NCBI GenBank assembly: GCA_038228695.1
Contig: JBBRPA010000002.1
Span: 32,080-96,079 of the forward strand
Source of the DNA: Chthoniobacterales bacterium
GTDB taxonomy: Bacteria; Verrucomicrobiota; Verrucomicrobiia; Chthoniobacterales; DASVRZ01
Length of the DNA stretch: 64,000 bases
Direction of reading: 5' to 3'
Under the pieces are notes generated by a model. It was not told where the DNA came from and did no database searches. It worked only from the letters and a program-made list of their open reading frames with translations. Positions within the stretch are counted from its first letter, which is position 1. Each line of letters opens with the position of its first letter. Positions 1 to 8,572 of the stretch are shown piece by piece. A program made the translations under genes and the position numbers.

Positions 1-5
1 GTTGG

Positions 6-2009
6 GTGTTGCATGGGTCGTTTGGCCGGCCGGAGACAGATTTTTTTCTCTACGGTCTGCTGCTTTTGTTGCTTGTGGTGGTGCTTTTTGCCACGTGCCT
101 GATTGTTGGCACCGGGCAGCCCACCTCGTTTTCTGAGGAAACTCTAGCGGATCACGAGTCGCAGCAGCGCAATCAGATTTTGACCGAGATTCCCGTGGGC
201 GTCTGGAAACTCGGCCTCGGCGGTTACACGACGACGGTTAACTCGGAAATGTGCCGATTGCTCGAAATGGAACGTCCGGATGATCTCTCGGGCCACACCT
301 ATCATTCGTTCTTCACGCCGGATTCGCTGAACCAGCTTCAACTGGAAAACTTCAGCGCGGAGGAAACCGTTCCGCGCGTTGGCGAAGGCGAGCTTGTTTC
401 CAAGACTGGACGGAGACGCCTCGTCGAGGTGCGCGGCTTTCCCGAGTTCGACCAGAATGGTGGACAGATCGGCCTTTCGCTCATCATTCAGGACATCACC
501 GAGACTCGCGCCTTGGAAACGGAGAACCGGAAACTGAACACGCTGCCCAAGTTTTGCCCGTTCCCGATCATGTCGTTCACTTCGTCGGCGAACCTCATCT
601 ACTTCAACGAGGCGGCTCGCGAACTCGCCCGCTCTCTCGGCAGCGAGGGCGACTTGGCCATTCTCCCGCTGGACATGCAGGAGATCATCAAAAACTGCAT
701 CGCCTCGGGCCAGACCGCCCAGCAGCACGAGATTAACCTCCGCGGCCGCACCATCCAATGGACTTTTTGCCCCATCAAAGAGGCGCAAGTGGTGCATTGC
801 TACGCCATCGAAATCACCCAGCGGCTAAACCTCGAAAACCAACTTCGCCAAGCTCAGCGCATGGAATCCATCGGGCAACTCGCCGGCGGCATCGCCCATG
901 ACCTGAACAATCTGCTCAACATCATCATGGGCTACACTGGCCTCCTGCAACTGCGGGTCAAAGACCGCCCCGAGGAAACCGATCACCTCAACCGTATTAC
1001 CCACGCCACCGAGCGAGCCGCCGATCTCACCCAGAACCTGCTCACCTTCTCTCGCCGTCAGGTCATGCAGCCTAGGACGCTCGACCTGAACGAGATTCTC
1101 AACGCGCAGACCAAGGTAATTCAAGGCATCCTCGGCACAAAAATCACGCTCCAAACCACTTACGCGCCCGGTTTGCCGCCCGTCCAGATCGACCCCGAAA
1201 TGGTCGAGCAAATCATTACTAACCTCGTTACCAACGCTGCCGACGCCATGCCCGGCGGCGGCCAGATTATCATCAACACCCGCGGAATCGACATCGACGA
1301 ACGTTCCCTCCCGGTGCACAGCGGCGGACGTATCGGGCACTTCGTTTGCCTAAGCGTCGCGGACACTGGCACCGGTATCGATCCGGAGATTGCCAACCGC
1401 ATTTTCGAACCCTTCTTCTCGACCAAGGGCGGCGGTAAAGAACGCGGATTGGGCTTGGCTGAAGTGCATAGCTCGATCAAGCAGCATCGCGGTTGGATCG
1501 AAGTCTCCAGCCAGCCTCGGCAGGGAGCTACCTTCCGCATTTACCTCCCGGCCACTCCGCAGGAATGGATCGACGACGACGAAAAAGTTGCGTCCGAACC
1601 CACCTTGCTCGAGGGCCGTGGCGAACGGATTCTCATCGTGGACGACGAACCGGCGCTCCTTTCTCTCGCCAGCAACGTCCTCGAAAGCTACGGCTACGAA
1701 ATCATCGCTGCCGACTCGGGCGACGACGCCTTGGAAAAATGGAACGCAGTGGACGGAAAAATCGACCTCCTGCTAACGGACGTGGTCATGCCCGGAGGGA
1801 TTGGTGGCACCGAACTGGCCCGCCGTTTCCGCGAGGAAAACCCCGATCTAAAAGTAATCTACACGAGCGGCTTTAATAAAGAGACGTTAAAGACCGATGA
1901 GACGGTCGCTGAGGGCATAAATTTCCTACCGAAGCCTTACCTGTCCGCGCAACTCGCCAAATTGGTGCGGGCACAGTTCGACGCTAAGGAAACTTCTGAG
2001 GCGGAATAA
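6..2009 (+). CDS. hybrid sensor histidine kinase / response regulator (TM, PAS-like, HisKA, HATPase_c, REC)
   Basis: GTG at 6; the frame is open to the window edge, so the gene may be 5'-truncated. N-terminal TM helix (LYGLLLLLLVVVLFATCLIVG). H-box LAGGIAHDLNNLLNII. ATPase boxes NLVTNAADAM, DTGTGI and GLGLA. C-terminal receiver domain (ILIVDDEP...LLLTDVVMPG). Confidence 0.85.
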   Translation: MLHGSFGRPETDFFLYGLLLLLLVVVLFATCLIVGTGQPTSFSEETLADHESQQRNQILTEIPVGVWKLGLGGYTTTVNSEMCRLLEMERPDDLSGHTYHSFFTPDSLNQLQLENFSAEETVPRVGEGELVSKTGRRRLVEVRGFPEFDQNGGQIGLSLIIQDITETRALETENRKLNTLPKFCPFPIMSFTSSANLIYFNEAARELARSLGSEGDLAILPLDMQEIIKNCIASGQTAQQHEINLRGRTIQWTFCPIKEAQVVHCYAIEITQRLNLENQLRQAQRMESIGQLAGGIAHDLNNLLNIIMGYTGLLQLRVKDRPEETDHLNRITHATERAADLTQNLLTFSRRQVMQPRTLDLNEILNAQTKVIQGILGTKITLQTTYAPGLPPVQIDPEMVEQIITNLVTNAADAMPGGGQIIINTRGIDIDERSLPVHSGGRIGHFVCLSVADTGTGIDPEIANRIFEPFFSTKGGGKERGLGLAEVHSSIKQHRGWIEVSSQPRQGATFRIYLPATPQEWIDDDEKVASEPTLLEGRGERILIVDDEPALLSLASNVLESYGYEIIAADSGDDALEKWNAVDGKIDLLLTDVVMPGGIGGTELARRFREENPDLKVIYTSGFNKETLKTDETVAEGINFLPKPYLSAQLAKLVRAQFDAKETSEAE

Positions 2010-2089
2010 AATTCCACACGAACGGTGTAGCGTAAGCTCCGTTTCATGCGGATGAAAGTTTTCAAACCCTAATGCAGGTTAGGGAATAG

Positions 2090-3667
2090 TTAGAAGCCGG
2101 GTTGGCCGACGGAAAGATTTTCGCGGCGCTTGAGGAAAGTGACGAGATTCTCCGCGAGCCTTGAGCCGATGCCTTCGATGGCGGCGATTTCTTCGACGGT
2201 GGCTTTGCGCATCCGTTTGACGCTGCCGAAATGGGTTAGTAAAAGCTGTTTGCGGTTCTGACTAACTCCAGGGCAATCATCCAGAATACTCTCGGCGATG
2301 CGGCGTTTCATGAGGAGTTGATGGAAGCCATTAGCGAAGCGATGAGCCTCGTCGCGGATGCGTTGGAGCAGACGCACCGCGCCGGAATCGAGCGGCAATT
2401 GCAGGGGCAAGGGACGCCCAGGCCGGTAAATTTCCTCGTTTTCTTTAGCGAGGCCGATGATGGGAAGTTCGTGCAGGCCGAGGCGCTGGAGTTCTTTGCA
2501 GGCGGAACTGAGTTGGCCGCGTCCGCCATCGACGATGATCAAGTCGGGCAAGCGAACGGGAGAAGCGGTGCGGGTGATTCGCTCGATTGCATCCTGAGGA
2601 TTTTCCTGAGAAAATTCGGCAGTATCGGGGTCGATTTCCCGAGCCTCGAGCAAAACGCGCGAATATCTTCTCCTAACTACCTCGGCCATGCTTGCAAAAT
2701 CGTTCTGACCTTTCACCGTCTTGATTCGGTAGCGGCGATAGTTCGACTTGTCAGGCACGCCATTCCGAAAGCTAACCATCGAGGCTACGATGTGCGTGGT
2801 GGAGATATTGCTAATATCGAAGCACTCCATCACGGTTGGCGGCCGGTCCATTTGCAGCGCGTCGCGGAGGACTAACAAATCGTCTTTTGGATCAACCGTG
2901 CTGGGCAGGCTATGGCGGGTGAAGCGCTTGGTCGGTGCCGTGGTGCGGCGGAGATCGTCGATCATGTTGCGCAACTCCGCAGCCCGCTCGAAATCGAGTC
3001 TAGCGGCGGCCTTTTGCATTTCCTCTTCGAGCGGTGCTAGCAGTTCTTTCGATTGTCCGGTGAAAAACTGACATGCTAGATCGATTCGCTCGCGATATAA
3101 TTCGGCCGTGATGTCGGCCAGTTTCATCGGCACCTGATAGGTGGAAGATTTCAGTTCGCGCTCGGTGGGAGTGCCGCGGCCAAAGGTGAGCACGCCAAAT
3201 TTTTTTCGCATGAAGGCGAGGGTCTGACGCAGTGCGCCGGCGTGGGCGAAGGGACCGTAATAACGCGCACCGTCGTCCTTCTTGGTTCGCGACAAACGGA
3301 AACGCGGCCATTCCTCGCTCATGTCCACTTTGACCATGAGGAAGCGTTTGTCGTCGCGAAAACTAATATTGTATTTTGGGCGGAATTCCTTGATCAGCTT
3401 GCCCTCGAGGAGAAGCGATTCGGGTTCGCTTTTGACGGTGTGAAATTCGAAGTCCCAGACCGTGTCGAGGAGCGCTCGGGTCTTGGCGTCGGCGGTCATT
3501 TTCCGCGAGGGCATGAAGTATTGTCCGACTCGTTTACGGAGGTCTTTGGCTTTGCCGACGTAGATCACTCGGTTGAGCCGGTCGCGCATCAGGTAAACCC
3601 CGGGCCGATGCGGCACGTCGTGAAGTTTCTTGTTGAGGTCGGGGCGTTCGCGGAGGATTTCAGCCAT
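2090..3667 (-). CDS. uvrC: excinuclease ABC subunit C
   Basis: 525-aa ORF. GIY-YIG motif (GVYLMRD..VIYVGKAKDLRKRVGQYF), UVR motif (LDFERAAELRNMIDDL), and a C-terminal helix-hairpin-helix (IEGIGSRLAENL). Confidence 0.9.
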   Translation of the reverse strand: MAEILRERPDLNKKLHDVPHRPGVYLMRDRLNRVIYVGKAKDLRKRVGQYFMPSRKMTADAKTRALLDTVWDFEFHTVKSEPESLLLEGKLIKEFRPKYNISFRDDKRFLMVKVDMSEEWPRFRLSRTKKDDGARYYGPFAHAGALRQTLAFMRKKFGVLTFGRGTPTERELKSSTYQVPMKLADITAELYRERIDLACQFFTGQSKELLAPLEEEMQKAAARLDFERAAELRNMIDDLRRTTAPTKRFTRHSLPSTVDPKDDLLVLRDALQMDRPPTVMECFDISNISTTHIVASMVSFRNGVPDKSNYRRYRIKTVKGQNDFASMAEVVRRRYSRVLLEAREIDPDTAEFSQENPQDAIERITRTASPVRLPDLIIVDGGRGQLSSACKELQRLGLHELPIIGLAKENEEIYRPGRPLPLQLPLDSGAVRLLQRIRDEAHRFANGFHQLLMKRRIAESILDDCPGVSQNRKQLLLTHFGSVKRMRKATVEEIAAIEGIGSRLAENLVTFLKRRENLSVGQPGF

Positions 3668-3668
3668 G

Positions 3669-4496
3669 TTAGCTGGCGGCGAGGGTCAGTTCGGTGACTT
3701 CCGGGATGCTGCCCAGCCGGAGCGGGACATACATCGTGCCGATGCCTCGGTTGGTGTAAACGTGGGTCTGGCGGACTTTGCGCAACCCGCGCCAATATTT
3801 CTGGCCCCAAGCCGGGAGGAGTGGCGCACCGAGAAGTGGTAGGCAAATCTGTCCGCCGTGGGAATGACCGGAGAGTTGTAGTCCAATGCCCGCGTCGTCG
3901 GGAACGAGATCGATGAAGTCGGGTTCGTGCGCGAGTAGAATGGTCGACGAATGCCCGCGTCGGCGGAAGAGAGCGGCGGAGAGGTTCGGATTGCCGTTGC
4001 AGAGGGAATCTACCCCCGCGAGATAGATGCTGGAGCCGTCGCGGGTGATCTCGTGGCCTTGGTTGCGGAGAACTTCCAGTCCGCCGGCGCGGAGCAGATG
4101 CGTGATGCGTTCGGGGCCGGATCCGTGGTCGTGGTTCCCGAGTACGCTGCTCACTCCGTGCCGTGCGCGAAGTTGGGAAAGGGTGGGAACGAGTTCGGCA
4201 ATGGCACCGCTGCCTCGAGTGATGAAATCGCCCGTGATAACTGTGAGATCGGGTTGGAGAGAATTAGCGAGATCGACGGCATGGGCGATCTGCCGCAAGG
4301 TGGTGTAGGGGCGGTAATGCAAGTCGCTCAATTGCACGATGCGGAATCCCACAAACGCGGCGGGCAATCCGGTGACGGGAACGACCACTTTTTCGACGCG
4401 GACCTGCCATGGCTCGAATAAAGCGGGATAGGCCACGCCTGCCGCTACGGTGGCTTGGAATGTTCCCTTGAGGAATGCCCGTCTGGTGATGCCCAT
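3669..4496 (-). CDS. TAT-signal metallophosphoesterase (calcineurin-like)
   Basis: Twin-arginine signal MGITRRAFLKG. Metallophosphoesterase motifs QLSDLH, TGDF, GNHD and SGHSHGGQ. The ATG at 4496 is preferred over the GTG at 4514. Confidence 0.8.
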   Translation of the reverse strand: MGITRRAFLKGTFQATVAAGVAYPALFEPWQVRVEKVVVPVTGLPAAFVGFRIVQLSDLHYRPYTTLRQIAHAVDLANSLQPDLTVITGDFITRGSGAIAELVPTLSQLRARHGVSSVLGNHDHGSGPERITHLLRAGGLEVLRNQGHEITRDGSSIYLAGVDSLCNGNPNLSAALFRRRGHSSTILLAHEPDFIDLVPDDAGIGLQLSGHSHGGQICLPLLGAPLLPAWGQKYWRGLRKVRQTHVYTNRGIGTMYVPLRLGSIPEVTELTLAAS

Positions 4497-4584
4497 CGGC
4501 GAGGAGGGTAACACAGGTTGCCCAGTTCGTCCTAAAAGGAGAAAATGGGAATGGTCGGTTGACCACCGCCGCCGAAGCTGAAGT

Positions 4585-5025
4585 TTAGCGCACCGCGGCG
4601 GCGTGAGTCTCGGTCAAATCGTCGATGAAATTCAGCGTCACGGCATCCAAGATATGGCCGTTGTCGGTGAGCCCGGCAGCGGCGAGAATGTTTTTCCGAA
4701 CATCGTCGGTGTGATTGTACCCGACCACGCCTCCATTGATATCGGCAATGGTCGTGGCGTCGAGTTTTACGCCGGGTTGGCTGGCGATCCATTTTTCAAA
4801 CTCGAAATAAGTCGGCTTCACGGTGGCAATGAAGGCGCGGGCGGCGTCGGGGTCGATGCCGATGGCCTCAAGCACCATGTGATCGTAGCCGGGCCCGATG
4901 TCCTTGTAGCCGTCGGCGAGGCGACCGGTGGCGCTGAGGAGGCTTTTCAGCCAAAGGCGGGGGAGGTGATTGATGCCGAGAAGGCCGGGGGTCGAGGATG
5001 GAATGGTTGGGACGATTTTGTTCAT
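4585..5025 (-). CDS. hypothetical protein (I recall it as DUF5069-like)
   Basis: 146-aa ORF with good coding look and no competing real ORF. The pattern HLPRLWLKSLL...GYKDIGPGYD resembles my recollection of DUF5069. Confidence 0.55.
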   Translation of the reverse strand: MNKIVPTIPSSTPGLLGINHLPRLWLKSLLSATGRLADGYKDIGPGYDHMVLEAIGIDPDAARAFIATVKPTYFEFEKWIASQPGVKLDATTIADINGGVVGYNHTDDVRKNILAAAGLTDNGHILDAVTLNFIDDLTETHAAAVR

Positions 5026-5152
5026 GGAGTCGGGTTGGTTGAAATGGCTTGTTAGCGGTGGTTCCCGAGCGAAACAACGGGTGCCTCAGGTCGCATGAAA
5101 CTTTATACGCGTTCCGCGGGCTGGGAGCATCGTTTTTTTTACAGAGTTTGAA

Positions 5153-5794
5153 ATGAGCAAGCGGCGTGGTAACGTCCCGCTCATGGAAAAAACGCCCGCC
5201 CAAGTGAGCTTCGCGCCCGGTGTGATTGCGGAATGCCAGCGGGTGTTGCGAGTGGCGAATCCGGCTCTTTTTTCGATGTCGGCGGTGACCTATCATGCGG
5301 GATTCCGGCGGCTCGACGACCGTTTTTCGAGCTGGTTGCATAGTACGTTTCAGCAACAGATTTTGCCCGGACTGCTCGATGCGGTTCGCTGCGGTGGGGA
5401 TGAGAAAGGGCGGGAGCTCCTCGAATGTGACGCCCGGATTTTGCGCAGTGCGACCGACCTGTTACGGAACGGAAGCGGCCGCGCTGGACGGTTGCTCCTG
5501 CGTCAGGGAGTTCCCGCTGGGGTGAAATGCCTTCAGCGGGTGCGCGCGGCAGCTGAGAGCGGCACGGTCGAAGCCCATCTGGCGACGATTTTTGGAGCGC
5601 GCTGCGGCATTTTTTCCATCGGTGAACGGACTGCGGCCTTGGCCTATGTTTATCTCGAATTGCGGACTGGTGCGCCTGACTGGCACGACGGCCATTTTCA
5701 CGAAAAACTGACGGACGCGTCCGAGGTTATCGGACAATTTTTCGACCGGGAGGAAGGCTCCTGCCGGTTTGCAGAGCGGAGAACGCATGGCTGA
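5153..5794 (+). CDS. hypothetical protein, translationally coupled to clpS
   Basis: 213-aa ORF with no motif I recognise. Its stop (5792-5794) overlaps the clpS ATG (5787) in the sequence ATGGCTGA. Confidence 0.5.
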   Translation: MSKRRGNVPLMEKTPAQVSFAPGVIAECQRVLRVANPALFSMSAVTYHAGFRRLDDRFSSWLHSTFQQQILPGLLDAVRCGGDEKGRELLECDARILRSATDLLRNGSGRAGRLLLRQGVPAGVKCLQRVRAAAESGTVEAHLATIFGARCGIFSIGERTAALAYVYLELRTGAPDWHDGHFHEKLTDASEVIGQFFDREEGSCRFAERRTHG

Positions 5795-6065
5795 CACGCT
5801 CACAGAGGAAAAAACCAGCACCGAGGAGGCAGTGGACCGCCCGTGGAATGTGTTGGTGCACAACGACCCGATCAACCTCATGAGTTACGTCACTATGGTC
5901 TTCCAGCGCGTGCTTGGTTTCTCCCGGCAACGCGCCGAAAAACACATGATGGAGGTCCACAAACGTGGGCGATCCGTCGTCTGGACCGGCGAGCGTGAGA
6001 AGGGCGAGATGATCGTTCAGCAACTCCACGGCTATCTCCTGCTGGCTACGATCGAAAAGGACTAA
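5787..6065 (+). CDS. clpS: ATP-dependent Clp protease adaptor ClpS
   Basis: Core NVLVHNDPINLMSYVTMVFQRVLG...AEKHMMEVHKRGRSVV is typical ClpS. The ATG at 5787 is preferred over the TTG at 5769. Confidence 0.9.
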   Translation: MADTLTEEKTSTEEAVDRPWNVLVHNDPINLMSYVTMVFQRVLGFSRQRAEKHMMEVHKRGRSVVWTGEREKGEMIVQQLHGYLLLATIEKD

Positions 6066-6070
6066 CTGGG

Positions 6071-6577
6071 ATGAAGTTTTTTAATTACGAAGGGAAGGCC
6101 GCCGAGTTTTCCGGGATCGATCCGTTTCTGGCCGAGGTCATCCGCCAGATCCTGCGTGCCGCCAATTCCGAAGACAACGCCGCTGCGCGCGCCCGGATCT
6201 TTTCCTCGCCCAGCGCGGAAAACGACGAACTCGCACGCGATTGGGAGGAACTGGTCGTTCCCGAGCTCGCCACCCAATTCGAGGACGCCATCTCGCTCCT
6301 GGAAACGGACCTTACGGAAAACCTCACCATGGGCAACGAGGAAGAGGATTTTCCTTACAGCCTCCGTATCCCGTTCGCGCACATCGACGCTTGGCTCAGC
6401 GGATTGAATCAGGCCCGGCTGGTTCTTGCGGCCCGGCACGATTTTTCCGATGAAGAATTATCCGGCGGAATTCAGCCCCAACTCGCCTCGCTGCGCGACT
6501 TGGCGCTTTATCAGATTGCCATCTATGGCTGGATGCAGGAGTTGCTTCTGACCGTGCTTCCACCGCCGACGGCCTGA
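6071..6577 (+). CDS. DUF2017-like protein (ClpS-associated)
   Basis: Starts 5 nt after the clpS stop. The segment HIDAWLSGLNQARLVLAARH matches my recollection of the WL..LNDLRLVLG signature of DUF2017. Confidence 0.65.
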   Translation: MKFFNYEGKAAEFSGIDPFLAEVIRQILRAANSEDNAAARARIFSSPSAENDELARDWEELVVPELATQFEDAISLLETDLTENLTMGNEEEDFPYSLRIPFAHIDAWLSGLNQARLVLAARHDFSDEELSGGIQPQLASLRDLALYQIAIYGWMQELLLTVLPPPTA

Positions 6578-6669
6578 GTGGACTGGGTCGTTCGCGGAGG
6601 AATTTTTAGGAAAAATAATCGTTGCTGGTCGGCGTTTTCGACCTAAAATGTCGGCTCTCCAAAATTTTT

Positions 6670-6743
6670 GGAGTCGTAGCTCAATCGGTTAGAGCGCCGC
6701 CCTGTCACGGCGGAGGTTGCGGGTTCGAGCCCCGTCGACTCCG
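6670..6743 (+). tRNA. tRNA-Asp (GTC)
   Basis: Hand-folded cloverleaf. Acceptor GGAGTCG/CGACTCC, anticodon loop CTGTCAC with GTC at 6704-6706, T-loop GGTTCGAGCCC. Confidence 0.9.
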
Positions 6744-6839
6744 TATTGGATTTTCTTCCGGCTCTGTGTTGGTTTTCCTCGGTAATGAGTCTTGCCTGCG
6801 CACTTGATTATCTCGGCATCGTCCCTATCGTTCAGATCC

Positions 6840-7337
6840 ATGCAACGTTTTCTGCTCCTGTTCACTTTCGGCGCAGCACTTTTTCTCGGGGGATGCAAGA
6901 CTCCTAAGGCAACTGCGGACAAGCCCGAGGTGGAAAAGAAAAAAGAAAGCGAATGGGTGCACCCGAACGACGGCGGGGACACGGAATTTCGCAGCTTCGT
7001 CGGCAAGTTGCGGAAGGCTGCGGCGGAGAAGGACGTGCGCTCGCTATCGCGGCTGATGACCGAGGATTTTGGCTACAGTTGGGAGCCGGGGAGTGACGGT
7101 TACGGATGCTTCAAATACTGGGACGACAACAATGTGTGGCCCGAGTTGCAGCGGGTCGTGGGTAGCCAGTTTCTGCCTAATGGGGGTTATCTGACCGCGC
7201 CTCCCGAGTTTCACGATGATCCTGCCTATGCGGGATTCCGGGCTGGGGTTCGGAAGGACCAGGGCGTTTACAAATTTGCCTACTTCGTTCCTGCGCAGAA
7301 TGTGAAGATGGCTGCGCCGCCCAAGCCGGGGAACTGA
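6840..7337 (+). CDS. lipoprotein, function unknown
   Basis: Signal peptide with lipobox MQRFLLLFTFGAALFLGGC. The ATG at 6840 is preferred over the longer ORF starting at 6792. Confidence 0.65.
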   Translation: MQRFLLLFTFGAALFLGGCKTPKATADKPEVEKKKESEWVHPNDGGDTEFRSFVGKLRKAAAEKDVRSLSRLMTEDFGYSWEPGSDGYGCFKYWDDNNVWPELQRVVGSQFLPNGGYLTAPPEFHDDPAYAGFRAGVRKDQGVYKFAYFVPAQNVKMAAPPKPGN

Positions 7338-7341
7338 GGGA

Positions 7342-7776
7342 ATGGGCGACGAATTGCAGCGGCACGGACTGCCGCATGGGGAGCCTTTTATTTTTGTGGA
7401 TCGCGTGCTCGAAACGCGCAATGGAGAGTGGGCAAGGTGCGAAGTGGTTTTCGGTGCGGAACGCGACTTTTTCCGGGGTCATTTCCCAGGGCGGCCGATT
7501 GTCCCTGGGGTCATCCTGACCGAGGCGCTCGCGCAAACGGCGGGTATCGCAGCGGGCAGCGGGGCGGGAATAAAGCGGGGCTTTTTGCTCTCTGCCATCC
7601 GAGCCATGAAATTCAAACGCGCCGTTCTGCCGAATGAAGTGATCGAATTGGAAACCACGAAGCGCGGGGAAATGGGCGGGTTGCTCCAGTTCGACGCCGT
7701 GGCCCGCGTGGGCGGCGAGATCGTCACCGAGGGACAAATCATTCTGAGCGAGACGTCCGGGGCGGGACCCGCCTGA
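7342..7776 (+). CDS. FabZ/ApeI-like hotdog-fold dehydratase
   Basis: LPHGEPFIFVDRV and FFRGHFPGRPIVPGVILTEALAQTAG are the catalytic His region of beta-hydroxyacyl-ACP dehydratases. Confidence 0.75.
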   Translation: MGDELQRHGLPHGEPFIFVDRVLETRNGEWARCEVVFGAERDFFRGHFPGRPIVPGVILTEALAQTAGIAAGSGAGIKRGFLLSAIRAMKFKRAVLPNEVIELETTKRGEMGGLLQFDAVARVGGEIVTEGQIILSETSGAGPA

Positions 7777-7789
7777 TTTGGGAAACGTT

Positions 7790-8572
7790 ATGCCGCGGTT
7801 TGCCATCATTATTCCCGCCTGTAACGAGGCCGAGGCGTTGCCGATTACTCTGGAAAAGCTGCGGCAGGTGCTGGACCCGGCCGAATTTGCGATTGCGGTG
7901 GGTGCGAACGGCTGCACGGATGCAACCGCGGAACTTGCGTGCGGACTCGGCGCGATCGTGGGCGAAACGGCCGAGCGCGGGTATGGTCACGGCTGCCGGG
8001 CTGCGATCGACGCGGTGACTGCGGTTCGCCCGGAGGTGGAGGCGTATGTTTTCTTTGCGGCGGACGGTGCGAACGACGCCCGCGATATTTCCCGGCTGGT
8101 GACGGTTTACAAGGAAGGATGTCCTTTCGTGCTCGGCCAGCGAACACGGCTTTTGGAAAACTGGAGCCGAATGACCGCGCTGCACGTGCTGGCAAATCGG
8201 GTGCTCGGGCTCTGGTGCGGTCTCTTGGCGGGTCGTTTTTATTGCGATTTGGGGCCGCTACGAATTCTGTCGCGGAGTCTTTTTGAGGGCCTGCAAATGC
8301 GGGAGTGCACTTATGGTTGGACGATTGAGCCACAGATTCTCGCGGCGCGACTGGGAATTCCGACGCGGGAAATCGACGTCACGGAAAATCCACGAATCGC
8401 TGGCGAACAGAAAGTGAGTCACGTAAGCTGGCGCCGCACCCTTCAGGTGGGCGGTCAAATTCTGGCCGCTGGCTGGCGGGCGCGCCGCCGTTCTCTGCCC
8501 ATCCCTGTCGAGTCATGCCGTCCGTCCCTGCACCCGCCATTGAGCACGAAGGATTTTCCGAATCCCGTGTGA
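7790..8572 (+). CDS. family 2 glycosyltransferase
   Basis: N-terminus FAIIIPACNEAEAL, a DxD-like AADGAND, and overall GT2 (polyprenyl-phosphate sugar transferase-like) layout. ATG at 7790. Confidence 0.8.
   Translation: MPRFAIIIPACNEAEALPITLEKLRQVLDPAEFAIAVGANGCTDATAELACGLGAIVGETAERGYGHGCRAAIDAVTAVRPEVEAYVFFAADGANDARDISRLVTVYKEGCPFVLGQRTRLLENWSRMTALHVLANRVLGLWCGLLAGRFYCDLGPLRILSRSLFEGLQMRECTYGWTIEPQILAARLGIPTREIDVTENPRIAGEQKVSHVSWRRTLQVGGQILAAGWRARRRSLPIPVESCRPSLHPPLSTKDFPNPV

Noticed and set aside
2067-2084. A 6-bp hairpin (CCCTAA/TTAGGG) between the convergent histidine kinase and uvrC genes, considered as a bidirectional terminator.
   Set aside because: The stem is short and AT-containing and has no flanking U-runs, so the support is insufficient.
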